Of a stretch of 64,000 nucleotides of DNA, positions 1-13,349 are shown piece by piece. The notes below the pieces were generated by a model. The model made no database searches and had not been told where the DNA came from. It worked only from the letters and a program-made list of their open reading frames with translations. Source of the DNA: Dictyostelium discoideum (taxonomy: Eukaryota); assembly GCA_000004695.1 (NCBI GenBank), contig CM000151.3, positions 4,672,001 through 4,736,000 on the forward strand, read 5' to 3'. Every line of letters starts with the position of its first letter. The first letter of the stretch is position 1. A program made the position numbers and the translations under genes.

Positions 1-654
1 AATTAAATATTTACATTATTGAAGGTATAAAACCAAATAATATTTTAAACATTTTTATAATTTATTTTTTTTGTTATCTGAGTTTTCTGTTTTGTGTGAC
101 TACTTTTTTTTTTTTTTTTTTATTTTTTTTTTTTTAAAAAGGTGGTGAGGTGTGTTAACTTCAATCTTTTTAAAAATATTTTTTTTGTTTTTTTTTTTAT
201 TTTGTAATATCGCCAATAATTTATATTTTTTTTTTCCTTTATTACTGGTAAATAAATATCTTTTTTTTTTTTTTAAAAATTTTAAAATTTTTTTTTTTTT
301 TATCTTTGCTGATAATTTTATATCTATTTTAGATTTTTTAAAAACGATAAAAGGCAAAAGAGGTTAATTAAGATTTGGTATAAATAGTTAAAATGTTAAA
401 AGAAAATTAATTAAAATAGTAAAATTTTTGCCAAAATAAAAAAAATAAAATGGAATAATTTTTATTTTTTTAAAACATTTTGTGTATTTTTAAGTGCTCT
501 ATTTATCGATACTAAATTCATACTAAATATAAAAATAATTAAATTTTTGTTTAAAAATAAAAATAAAAAAAAAAACCCCAACGAAATGAAAAAAATAATG
601 AAATTTTTTTTTGGGTGTTTGGATGTTATTATCATAAATTTTAATAAAATGTTT

Positions 655-695
<41 letters not shown>

Positions 696-729
696 TTATT
701 AATTATTTTAATTCATCACCACACATAAA

Positions 730-1098
730 ATGAATAATTATAACAATGAATTTTCATTTGAAAGATTATTTTGGAAAGTTTTTCATAATAAATATTTATT
801 AAATTTAATAATTCATCATATAGAAAATCAAAATATTGAATATTCAATTGAAGATATTAATAAATGGTATGTTGGTAGTAGAATCAAATGGAAGGATATA
901 AAATCATTGGATTGGTTAGTTGAAAAACAACAATGGTCATTATTAAAATGTAAATTAGAAGCAAATGAATATATTCATGTTAAAGAATCATCATTACATA
1001 AAATCATTCAATATTGTGATAATGATGAATACTTGTTAGAATTATTTTATAATAAATGTTATGAACAAATTAATAATATTATAAATGGTAATAATTTC

Positions 1099-1132
<34 letters not shown>

Positions 1133-3215
1133 GTAATGGTGATAAATTTATATTATCAAAGTTAATAACAAAATATAATAATTTAATATCAACTAAAATT
1201 TTATTACTAAAATTGAATAACCATAATAGTAAATTAATAAAACCAACAATAACAAATACATTATTATTAGAATCATTCAGATCATCAACTTTAGAAATTG
1301 TAAAATTATTATATGAAAATGCTCCAAAAAAAGAGATTGAAAATACAAAGAATCTTTCAATTAAAAGGGCAATTTCTAATATTAAATTTAGCAATCAAAT
1401 AATATCATTCTTGCTAAATGATAGTAATTATTATAATAATAATAATAATTATAATAATGATAATGATAATAATGGTAATACTGATGATAGCAATAATAAA
1501 ATTAGTATATTATCAATATTATCATTAAAATCAATTGAAATTCAAAAGAAAATAATTTCATTAGGTTATGCTTCACCCCCTTTATTAGTTTTTTCAAATA
1601 TTACTTTTAATAAACCAATTTTACAAATGACAATACCAGAATTAATACATTATATTGAAATTATTGAAAAGTATTTTCTATTAAATCAAAATAATAATAA
1701 TAATTTTAAACAAGTAGAAGAAGAAGGAGAAGAAGAGGAAGTAGTAGAAAATAGAGATAATAAAGATGAAGAGAATAATAAAAATCAAAAATTAGAAAAT
1801 TTAAATAAAAGACAATTATTAATAATTTTAATAAAAATGATGGAATTTAAACAAGAATTTTATGAACCTTATTTATATAAATATCAAGAATTTATTAAAA
1901 TTGGTAATATTAAAAGTAATTATAATTATAGAGGTCAACAATCAGTTATTAAATATACTTTTTCAAGATTCGATATTAAAGGTTTAGAATATATTATAAA
2001 TAATTATAATCATTTTAAAGAATATCCATTCAGAGATAAAATTGATTATAGTAAATCATTTAAAGAATTTGAGGATAATAAAGAGTATCAAGAAGAAAAG
2101 ATTATAGAATTTATAAAACTATATTTTAATAGAAAATTAACATTCTTTAAAGAATGGAAATCAATGTTTCAATTCATAATATCAAATTATAGTATAAACT
2201 TAATAGAAAAGTTAACGAATATCAGTGGTATTAAATTAAAGAATTTAGTATTCACAAATTTATTGGGTTTATTTAACTCTTTTATAAAATATAAATGGTA
2301 TTTTTTAAATGTTGTAATTCCAATACAAAATGAAAACTATAAATTAAATAATATTAATAATAATAATAATAACAATAACAATAATAGTAATAATAGTGAT
2401 AATAATAATAATAATAATAATTTAGCAATTGGGAATTTAATGTTTCAAGAGAAACATGAACAAGAAATGAAAATTCAAACTATATATAGTGGTGTGTTAT
2501 CAACAAAGGATATGATAGATTTTATAATAGATATAGTTTTTCCAATCAATAAGACTACTACTATTAATAATGGTCAATATCAATATTTAGCAATTGAAAC
2601 ATATGAATTGGCAGAATATGCATGTTTTGAGAAATTAAAATCATCAAAACCAATACCAGAATTATTCTATTACTCTTTTCATCAATCAATAATTCAGTGT
2701 AATTTAAATAATTTAAAAAAGTTTAAAAATATACAATTTGATATTATTAATAGTTTTGGAAATTCATTTTCATTCAACCTAAATGATCCAGAAAAAGAAA
2801 TCAATCAATTAATTTCATATTTAAATGAAAATAATTATTCAAATTTTACTAAAAAACTATTTTCAAATTTTATTGAAAAATTAATTGACCAACAACAACA
2901 AAACACCAATTTTAGAATAAAGTATATTAATTTTAAAGGATTTGAAAATATAGAAATGGAATTATTATCAAAGTATATAATTGAAATGAAATTTGGATTT
3001 TTAAAGACACTAATTGAATCAAGTGATTCTAATCTATTATTAAAAATTGAAAAGAATTATTTCCAAGATCAAATGAAACGTTTGCGTATAAAATATTATT
3101 TATATAGTAGTAAAGGAATTCCTTTCAAATTTAAATCAACAGAATTAAAATCTGATTATGTTATTGAAATTATTAAATTTTTAATTCTAAAAAGAAATCA
3201 ACAATTTCAAATAAC

Positions 3216-3313
<98 letters not shown>

Positions 3314-3987
3314 GTGGTAATATTTCTTTCATTTTCAATCATTTATATAAAAGATTATTACAATGTGAAGATGTAACATTTGAAAAAGTAAAATATGTTC
3401 ATCAAGAGTTATTCAATATCAAATGTAAAGATAATGAATATTGTAGTGGTGGTGATATTGATATTGAAATTGATCATACTAATACTAGTAGTGTTGTTGT
3501 TTGTGATATTGTCCCTCAAGGTGAAAAAAGAAATGCAATAGAAATTGAAATTGAAGTATTTCATTTATTTTATTTTTTATCATTAAAATCAAGTAAATTC
3601 ATAAAATATATATTATCAAAAGCATCATCATATGAAATATTTTCAGATAGAAAGATTGAATATTACAGTACTTCAGATAGTTATAGATTGTATGTGGAAT
3701 TTGATTTAGGATATTATCTAAATAGTGACTCATTTTCATTCAATATAATTTTCAATACTTCAGATGATGACTTATTTAAATTATTAAGAGAAAAGATATC
3801 ATTATTACCAAGATTACTTAAAAATAGTTTATTATCATTATCAAATACAACAGCTTCAAGAAGATTTAAAACTAACAGATCCGATCTTATTGATATTGAA
3901 AGTGATAAAGAAGATTTCAAATTCCTTTTAGATACAAATCAAATCAAATTAGCAATTTCAATGATGATTGAATATGCCAATAATATA

Positions 3988-4047
<60 letters not shown>

Positions 4048-4440
4048 TCAACCACCAATGATAATAATAATAATTCAAATAATAATATTATTGACAATGA
4101 AAAATATTCAAATTTAATAACTCATTTTTCATTTGATTTGGTTGGAATTATAAATATTGAAAATTATAATGAAAAGGTATGGTTTGAAGAGTTTTTATTA
4201 TTTTTAAAGAATAGATTCACAAAGATTGAAATTAGTATTTTTTATAATATGATGTTAACATCTGTACTGGAAAAATCAAGACTACAAATGATAGACTATC
4301 TTTTAACTTCAAATTGTTTACTAGAATGTAACGTAATCTCATCAGAACTTTTGGAAATAATTAATGGTTTTAAATCTTATCATTTATCTATAAATAATCA
4401 TTTAGATATTTTAAACTATTTAAAAAAAAAAAAACTTTAA
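730..4440 (+). CDS. Hypothetical Asn/Ile-rich protein (1236 aa), single exon; no recognisable catalytic motif
   Basis: Uninterrupted ORF from the six-frame track, with several poly-Asn tracts from (AAT)n, including 36 consecutive Asn encoded at 3204-3312. Coding periodicity is clearly different from the flanking A/T homopolymer intergenic DNA. No conserved domain recognised by eye. Confidence 0.5.
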
Positions 4441-4572
4441 AAAAAAATAAATAAAAATAATGTAATTATATGTATTAAATTTAAATGATTTATTTAATTC
4501 TTTATATTTTATTTATAAAAAAAAAAAAAACAAAAAAAAAAAACAAAAATAGATTGTTCAATTAATAATCTT

Positions 4573-4876
4573 TTATTTTTTCGAAAAGTATTGAGATATA
4601 TTATTGAAGTTATTATTATTATCGTAACCTTGATTACTTTGGAAATATTGAGTGATTACATTTGGATTGTTATCATTATTATTAGGATTATTGGTATTAT
4701 TTTTGTTATTATTGATATTATTATTATTATTATTATTATTGATATTATTATTGATATTATTATTGATATTATTGTTATTATTGTAATTGAGATTAAAATT
4801 AGCATTACCATGACTATTTAAAGTTCCAAAGTTATTTTGGTATTGATGGAATTTAAGATTTCTGTAATTATTACTA

Positions 4877-4908
<32 letters not shown>

Positions 4909-7392
4909 GTTATTATTGTTATTATTATTAATATTATTATTATTTTTATTATTTAAATAATCTTTAAAATTTGGATTAATATTTCGAAATGTAGTTTGAT
5001 TTTTAAAAATAGGAGGTGGTGGCGGTTGTGAAAATTGAAGTGATTGATAATTTTTCTTTTCTTGTTGTTGATCTTTTTTAGATTTATTTTTAGATTTTTT
5101 GGAATTAGAAGATTCTTCCTCATCGTCTTCATCATCCAATTGTTGTTGAAATTGTTGTTGTTGTAAAACTGAAGGATCATCACCAATAATTGAGAAAACC
5201 AATTCGTCTGTATCTTCTTTCTCCAAGTCAATTGTACCATCTTTTCCAATGAAATATTTATTGATTGTATTAACCCTACCTCTCATATCCAAGTTTTGAG
5301 TATGTAAAACCTCTTCTTGTCCATCCAAAGTTTCACCTAAAACCTCGAGTTTATTACAAATGGTTGGCCAAATCCTATCGTCTAGTGTATTCTTACCAAT
5401 TAAGTAATGAATATAACATGTTTTAGTTTGACCAATTCTATGAATTCTATCCTCTGCTTGACGTAATACACCGGGTGTCCAATAAAGTTCAACAAAAACA
5501 ACTAAATTCGATGCTGTTAGTGTTAAACCTGTACCTGCTGCTGTGATACTGAGTAATGCAACTTTACAAGATGCATTATTTTGAAACTTTGTAACGAAAG
5601 CTTGTCTTTGAACTGCTGGTGTCGAACCATCAATACGAATATACCCAGCTCCTGTACTCTTTATTGCTTCCTCTAAACCATTCATAATATCAGCATGATG
5701 AGCGAAAACTAAAAACTTTTCATTCTTTTTAATTAAATTTATAATATAATCACTTGATGCTTTTAATTTGGCTCTACCAGTTTCAACATAAAGGTGCATA
5801 ATTTTATCTTTTTGACCACCACCGCCACCACCACCAATACTATTAGCATTTGGTTGTTTTTGAAATTGTTGAATCATTGATAATTTATTTGATTTTGAAA
5901 ATACTGAACCAACTTCATTTTGAACATCTTTTGGAGTTGGTGTATCAACCACAACTTTTATTCTAACTTTTGGTGGTAAATCCTTTAGCACATCATTTTT
6001 TAACCTACGAATCATAACACCACGAATCAAAACATATAGTTCTTGAAGATGTGAATTACCAGTATAATCCCAACCATAGATTCCTTTGAAAGCATTACAA
6101 TAACGTAAACCAAAATCATTTAATGTTGGATAGATTGAAGCACCCAATGCCAACATTTGAGGAAACAATTCGACAGGTCTTGATAAAGCTGGTGTACCAG
6201 TTAATAAAATTCTAATCTTTGCAGTGTGAACCAATTTCAAAACGTTTTTAGTTCTTTTTGCTTCGGAATTTTTCATATAATGAGATTCATCACATATTAT
6301 AGCCTTGAAAGCTCTTGGTAATAATTCTTTCTCTAATAATCTACCAACTAAATCATAGGAACATATATTGACCATTGCATTTGCTTTATCTTCACCAGTC
6401 ATAATTACATTGATATCGACCGAGGGAAACCATTTCTCAACCTCTTTTGACCATGATAATCTTAATGATGATGGACAAATGATTAATAGTGGCCATTCTG
6501 AACGATAATAGGATGATATTGCCAATGCTTGAATGGTTTTACCCAAACCCATCTCATCACCAATTAAACATTTACCTGACAATTGTTGAGTACAAAATGA
6601 TAATGATTTCATTTGAAATGGAAGTAAGGTTGAGAATAATTCAACGGGTATTCTAGTACAATCGAATGGTAATTTACATTGAAATGCTCTCTCTTGTTGA
6701 TGCTGTAATTGTTGTTTTTTGGTTAACTTTTGTTTCTCAAGATACCATGGATCATGAAGATATCTAAATATTTCTGTTGGAATTGTATTCAATTGAAATC
6801 TTGAGCTCGTACGACTTTGTAATCTTTGTAACATTGTCACTAGGTTTTGGTATTCCGATTTGGGGAATTTCCAAATCTCTTCTTTCTCAAAACGAGTTCC
6901 TTTGGACTGTTTAAATTGTTGTAATATCTCTTCAGTTTCACCCACTATCGGTGGTACAGGATATGTTGTACCAATGATATCTAAATCATATAATTGAAAA
7001 TCAATAATGATTTGATGTGCTTGATTTCTCTTTGGTTTAATTTTACTCATTGGTTTATTATTTGGATTATTCCATTTTAAATCAGTATCAATCGATTCAA
7101 CTCTATAACTTCTTTTATTAATTTGATTACTATCTTCATTGTTTTTAATTGTATCATTAAATTCATTTGTTACATCTGGTATCTCTATTATATCTGAATC
7201 AAATGCTAATCTTGTTTTTTGTTTATTTATTGGTTTTTGTTTATTTGATATTTTACTATCAATAATATCAACTTTATCTTCTTCATCTTCAATTTCAATT
7301 GGTATACATTTAATTCTATCATTATTTTGTTTTTGTTTTTGTCTTTGTTGTTGAGGTTGAGGTTGTTGTTGTGGTTGAAATTGTGGTTGTTC

Positions 7393-7423
<31 letters not shown>

Positions 7424-7859
7424 GTTTCTTGCTTTTTCTGTTGCTGTTGTTTTTGTTGTTGCTGTTGTTGTTGCTGTTGCTGATGTTGCTGCTGTTGTAT
7501 TCTTAATTCTCTTTCATTTTTACTTTTTTCAAAAATTTCATCATAACTATCTGTTATAATATCATCATTAAAATCTATTGACATATTGTTAGTGGAAGAA
7601 GGTGTAGTTGTTTTTGTTGGTGTAGTTATTTTTGTTGGTGCAGTTGGTGAAGTTGGTGAAGTTGGTGAAGTTGGTGAAGTTGGTGAAGTTGGTGAAGTTG
7701 GTGAAGTTGGTGAAGTTGGTGAAGTTGGCTCAGATGGTTTAACTTTTGGTTTAAATGAAATTTCAGGTTGTTTTGATTGGAGAATTGGTGATGATTTGGA
7801 TTGAGGTTTTGATGGTGATATATTGTTGTTTTTTACATTATGTTGTTGTTGATTTATAA

Positions 7860-7938
<79 letters not shown>

Positions 7939-8775
7939 TACATTATTTACAATTGGTTTATTTAAAGTGCTATTATTGAACAACTTTTTTATTGGACTAT
8001 TATTATTACTAGAAGTAAAAGTGGTGGTAGTTGTGGCCATGCTATTGGCTGATGGTGCTATATTTGCTACATTCAAAGAATTTCCTCCATTAGCATTACT
8101 ACTAACGGATTTCAAATTATTATTATTACTATTGTAGTTATTGTTATTGCTATTATTATTATTATCTGATGAATCAAAAACCAACCTCTTTTTAGAGGAG
8201 CTAGGTGCTGTACTATAATCTGTATCAATAGGGTCATCTTCAAAAATCGAACTATCATCTATATTAAATTCATTCATAATATCAAAACTATTACTCAGTC
8301 GTCTTTTTCCAATACTATTATTATTATTAATATTATTAATATTAATATTACTACCATTGTTCGTGTTTACATTATATTTATTAGGGTTGTAAAATTTATC
8401 TGCAGAAGCAAAAATGTCGTCATCATTGAAACTAAACAAATTATTTTGTTGTTGTTGTTGTTGTTGTTGTTGATGTTCTTGTGGTGGAGTGGCAGGTACT
8501 GTTTGTTTATTTTGGTGATTATATAATTCCACATCACTCTCTGTATTGAACCATTTTGAAAATTGACAATCGAGAACTTTACATTTAAAATAAATTCTAT
8601 CTTTATCTTTTCCTGATGAAGGTTGTATTCTTCTACAATATCCAAAATGTGTTGGACATTTAAGTTTGGATACTTTGCTATTATTGTTTACATTATTATT
8701 GTTATTATTATTATTGTTGTTACTATTATTACTATTCGCTGTTGAAGTATTGGTTGTAGTTATAATTGTTGACAT
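4573..8775 (-). CDS. SNF2-family ATPase, SMARCAL1/ZRANB3-like annealing-helicase type, with N-terminal GRF-like zinc finger, poly-Gln tracts and a (SPT)n repeat; single exon, 1400 aa
   Basis: SNF2 N-lobe: 'LLPFQMKSLSFCTQQLSGKCLIGDEMGLGKTIQALAISSYYRSEWPLLIICPSSLRLSWSKEVEKWFPS' closely parallels the SMARCAL1/ZRANB3 block 'LLPFQ...DDMGLGKTIQAI...EWPLL..PSS.R..W'. DExH motif 'ICDESHYMKN'. Helicase-C: 'LVFAHHADIMNGLEE...LLSITAAGTGLTLTASNLVVFVELYWTPGVLRQAEDRIHRIGQ'. A HARP-like segment 'TRFEKEEIWKFPKSEYQNLVTMLQRL' precedes the ATPase. N-terminal zinc finger 'CPTHFGYCRRIQPSSGKDKDRIYFKCKVLDCQFSKWF' has C-x7-C...GRF-like spacing. Confidence 0.8.
7640..7735. repeat. Tandem 9-bp repeat (GAAGTTGGT)x about 10, which encodes (SPT)n on the - strand inside the SNF2 gene
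   Basis: Direct reading: 'gaagttggtgaagttggtgaagttggt...' repeated about ten times. The reverse-strand translation is 'SPTSPTSPTSPTSPTSPTSPTSPTAPT'. Confidence 0.9.
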
Positions 8776-9339
8776 TATTTATTATTCATCGTTTAATTTT
8801 TTTTTTTTTTTTTTTCTTTCTTTCTTTTTATTTTTATTTTGAGTATTGTTTTTATTATTTATTATTATTAGTTGAACCACTAAAAAAGTATATATGATAA
8901 AATTAAAAAAAAAAAATAAAAAATAAAAAATAAAAAATAAAAAATAAAAAATAGAAAAAAAATTCTTGTAAAATGTGTAATTATAAAAATAAATGAAATA
9001 AAAAAAATAAAAATAAAAAAAATCTTTATTTAATAAAAGAGTATATATATATATATATAAAAATATATAAATATAAATAAATTAAAAAAAATTTATCTTT
9101 TTTTTTAAGAAAATTAAGCGCCAAACGTTTTAATTCTAATTCTTTCCCCTTTTAGTTTTTAATAAAAAAAAAATTAAGAAAAAAATAAAAATAAAAAAAA
9201 AAAAATAAAAAAAAATTAAAATTCATTTTCGCAAAAAAAACCTTCGAATTTTTATTTTTTTTTAATTTTTTTATTTTTTTTTATAATTTTTTTATATATT
9301 CAAAATACAGAGAAATATTTTGTTTAAACATTTTAATTT

Positions 9340-12300
9340 ATGACTACAATAGTAGCACCTCCAATAAAATCAATTACTTCAATCGATAATGATGATAACG
9401 TTGATGGTGTTATTGAAAAGTCAGTCAAAAAACCAGTATCTTTAACATTTGATCAAATCATTGATAGATTTTATAAACATATTTTAACATGGGATGCATC
9501 AGATTTATCACCAAAGGTATGTATTTATAAAATAGATAAAACAAATAATAATAATTTCAACAATGGGTGTATACTATAGTATTGGTACTAATACTACTAC
9601 TACTGTATTTATTAATAATAATAATTTTTTTTTTTTTTTAGGAAAAAGAATTAAAACCAGTAAAAGTATCATTTAATAATGAAGAGGATTATATAACAAC
9701 CTATGAACCATTGCTTTTTGAAGAATGTAGAGCACAACTTGAAAGATCAATTGAAGAAGGTGAAAAAGATGATACATCAGAACCTACTTTATCAAGAGTA
9801 CGTTATATTTCAGAAGTAAATGATTTTTTGGTTGTTGGATTAGTAATGGCAGAAAATGTAAATATATTTCAATTTCATGATAATGATTTAATTATGATAT
9901 CACTTCATCATCCTTTAATTGTTTTTGGTATGGATGAAGATGAAGAAATGACTGATGATGAAGATACTGCACCAACTTCTGCTGCAACTCATGTTGGTGC
10001 ACCAACAAAATCAACTACTACAACTACAACAACTACAACAACAACTACTACTACAACTACTACAGCAACTACAAATATAATTGATGATCCAAATAAAACA
10101 ACAGAAGATATAAAGAAAAAGAAAAAGGTTATTCCACCATCAAAAACACCAATAACAGAACAAAATAGAACTTTACATTTAATTGGTACAGTTGAACATT
10201 TAGATAATGGTGGTATAAAGGTTAAATTCTATGTAAAAGGTATTAAAGGTGATCGTGCAAGACAAGTTAGTTTATTATTACGTTATGAAATTGATTGGTG
10301 GACAACTAAATTATGTAATCTTTCAACATTGCAAAGAGAGTTTGCTGCATTGTATCAATGTTCACAATCAAATTTTATGAAGACACTTATGATGAGAGAT
10401 GATGATGGTGAGGATGGTATAGTAATGAAGATTCCACCATTGTTACATGATCAATTCTCTTCAACCTATAATGACAGTCAATTGAATGCACTCACCAGTG
10501 CATTGGAAGGTAATGCAATCACATTGATTCAAGGTCCACCTGGTACGGGTAAAACCCATGTAATTCTCGGTCTCATTAGTGTATTACTTCATTCAACAAT
10601 TGTTCCAAAGGTTAAAAGTGGTGGTAATAATTTAGGTGATCATTTACTAAAGGACAGAGAATTAAGTATGGCAGAGAAGCGTGACCTATGGAATATTTCA
10701 CAACCATGGTTCAATAAGGAATTCCCTCACATTAGAGATAATTATGAATTGATTGATTACGATTTCGAAGAACGTGATCAAAAGAGAAAGAGAGATCTTT
10801 GGAGAAAACTTAGAGATACAGGTTCAGTGAAGGGTGGCTCAACCAAACGTAGAATCTTACTATGTGCACCAAGTAATGGTGCTGTCGATGAAATTGTCTC
10901 TCGTTTAATTCGTGATGGACTTTTGAATGCCGATGGAAGAAAGTACAATCCAAATTTGGTTCGTGTTGGTCCTGGTTCACATAGCGATGTGGAGAGTGTT
11001 TCATTGGATTATATGGTTAGATGTCGTCAACAATTAATGAACTCAAATTCTGCTATACCTTCTTCATCCGCTTCGACAGCCGCTGCAACAAGTGGTTCAA
11101 GTCGTTCCACTCAAGATACTTCCTCGATTAGAACGTTGGTTTTGGATGAAGCTGATATTGTCGCCACAACATTATCATTTAGTGGTGCATCATTGTTGAC
11201 AAAGATGGCAGGTGGTTTCGATATTGTAATCATTGATGAGGCTGCACAAGCCGTAGAAACCTCGACATTAATTCCCATTCAACATGGTTGTAAAAAGGTG
11301 GTGTTGGTTGGTGATCCAAAACAATTGCCTGCCACTATTATCTCGCCATTGGCTATCAAGTATAAATATGATCAATCGTTATTCCAACGTTTACAAGAGA
11401 AGAATTCACCACATATGTTGACCACACAATATCGTATGCATTCATTGATTCGTGCATTCCCCTCACGTCATTTCTATCAAGATCTCTTATTGGATGGTCC
11501 AAACATTCCATCAAGAGCTACACACTATCATTCAAATCCTTTCTTTGGTCCATTGGTATTCTATGATCTATCATGGAGTACTGAAACCAAACCCGGTGGT
11601 GGTTCAGTTTTCAATGAGCATGAATGTAAGATGGCTATGTATCTATTCCAATTGTTTACCAAAGTTTATCCTGATGAAGATTTTGCAAGTCGTATTGGTA
11701 TCATTTCACCATATCGTCAACAGGTTTTAGCATTACGTGAAATCTTTAAAAACTATCCTGGTATCTCTATTGATACCGTAGATGGTTTCCAAGGTAGAGA
11801 GAGAGAAATCATCATTTTCAGTTGTGTTAGAGCACCAGTTGAAGAGGGTGCAGGTATTGGTTTTCTTTCAGATGTTCGTCGTATGAATGTAGCTTTAACA
11901 CGTCCAAGATCATCTCTATTGATCCTTGGTAATACTAAAGCATTAAGTATCAACAAAGATTGGAATGAATTAATTCAACATACTCAAAACAATCAACAAT
12001 TAATTCCTGTTACCAAAGATCAACCATTAGAAATTATCATACCAACTTTTACAACTCGTGAATTATTTACCGAACTCTCTGAAAAAGGTCAACAAATTGT
12101 AATTCCAAAACCAAGAACTGAAGAAGAAATTAATCTTCAAAAACAAAAAGATATTGAAAAAAGAAAGAAACAACATAAAAGACAAAAACAAAAATCAAAA
12201 GAAAATGATAAAAAGAAACAATTAAAAAAAAGAAAAGAATTAAATAATAATGATAATAATAATAATAATAAAGAAAGTAGTAATAAAGAAGTTCAAGAAA

Positions 12301-12368
12301 TTACTAATGCAGAAGTTGTTAAAGACACTGAAATAAATAATACTAAAAGGGCTAGAACAAGAAGATAA
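9340..12368 (+). CDS. Superfamily-1 DNA/RNA helicase of the Upf1/Sen1 (DNA2/NAM7) family; 2 exons: join(9340..9516, 9642..12368)
   Basis: Motifs: Walker A 'GPPGTGKTH'; Ia 'LLCAPSNGAVDEIVSRL'; II 'IVIIDEAAQAVE'; III 'VVLVGDPKQLPAT'; IV 'LTTQYRMH'; V 'IDTVDGFQGREREIIIFSCVRA'; VI 'FLSDVRRMNVALTRPRSSLLILGN'. Intron 9517-9641 begins GTATGT and ends TTTTTTTTTAG. Exon 1 has 59 codons, and exon 2 continues in phase 0 with 'EKELKPVKVSFNNEEDYITTYEPLLFEECRAQ'. C-terminal Lys-rich tail. Confidence 0.8.
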
Positions 12369-12462
12369 TAAAAAAATAAAATAAAAATAAAAAATAAAAA
12401 AAATATTTAAAATCAACTATTTTTTGCTTTTACTAAAAAAAAAAAAAATTTTTTATTTTTTT

Positions 12463-12467
12463 TGTAT

Positions 12468-12506
<39 letters not shown>

Positions 12507-12510
12507 TTAA
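12463..12510. repeat. (TTTA)n microsatellite in the convergent 3' intergenic region
   Basis: 'tatttatttatttatttatttatttatttatttatt' read directly. Confidence 0.9.
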
Positions 12511-12531
12511 AATAATCAATATTTAATTTTA

Positions 12532-13313
12532 TTATTTTTCCTGAACTGGTAAATATAAAGATGGTAAAGTTGGACAAATATCAATATTTTGACAAATTAA
12601 TGATGGTGATTCACTATTATTAATTAAATCAATAACGATTGGAGTATTTTGTAAAACTAAAATTTGACATGTTAAAACCAAATCTTTTGAATCAAGGAGT
12701 TCACATTCCTCATCTAAATATGATATAATCTCTTTCTCTGTAGAGTTTGTTTGTTGGAGATAGTATTCTACCTTTTTGGTTAAATGTTTACAAAATGTAC
12801 ATCCTGAATTCTCTGCTTCTAAATCATTATTATTATTATTATTATTGACTATTAAATTATTAAATTCATATTTATTTACTTTTTTACATAATCCCAACAT
12901 ATTACAAATTTTTGATGGATGTTCTGAATTTCTTATAAGTTTGATTATTAAATCACCATTACACTATTTTTTTAAAAAAAAAAAAAATAATAATCATAAA
13001 ATTGTAAGAAAAAAGTAAAAAAAAAAAAAACTAATATGAAAAAGGGTATTGATTTACATACAAAATCAATCCATTTATCTGGAAGTAAAATATAAGAAGT
13101 TTCAAATTCATTCATTATATAATTTTTTGGTTTTTGTTGTAGTATTAATTCTTTAATATATGATATTAGGAAATTACAATGCTCACATTCCGTCATTTTC
13201 TGTTGTTGTTTGATTGATTTTTGTTGGATTGAATTTTGTTGTTTATTTCCAAAACTAATACCAATAAAACCATTTAATATTAATAATAAACAAACTAAAA
13301 AAATTAATTTCAA
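12532..13313 (-). CDS. Secreted saposin-like (SapB/amoebapore-like) protein with two saposin domains, 227 aa; join(13313..13062, 12963..12532) on the - strand
   Basis: N-terminal signal peptide 'MKLIFLVCLLLILNGFIGISFG'. Two six-Cys saposin-B patterns: 'CEHC...C...(intron)...C...C..C' and 'CTFCKHL...C...C...C.....C'. Intron 13061-12964 (98 nt) begins GTATGT and ends ATAG. Exon 1 ends '...KWIDF' (84 codons). Exon 2 begins 'CNGDLIIKLIRNSEHPSKICNMLGLC', in phase 0. Confidence 0.7.
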
Positions 13314-13315
13314 TT

Positions 13316-13349
<34 letters not shown>

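Noticed and set aside
4591-8645. Multiple 60-100 aa ORFs antisense to the SNF2 gene (poly-Ile, poly-Val and 'GEVGEVGEV' ORFs at 4591, 7139, 7371 and 7586)
   Set aside because: They are translations of low-complexity (AAT)n, (CAA)n and 9-bp repeats on the non-coding strand of a well-supported gene. They are homopolymeric and have no start context.
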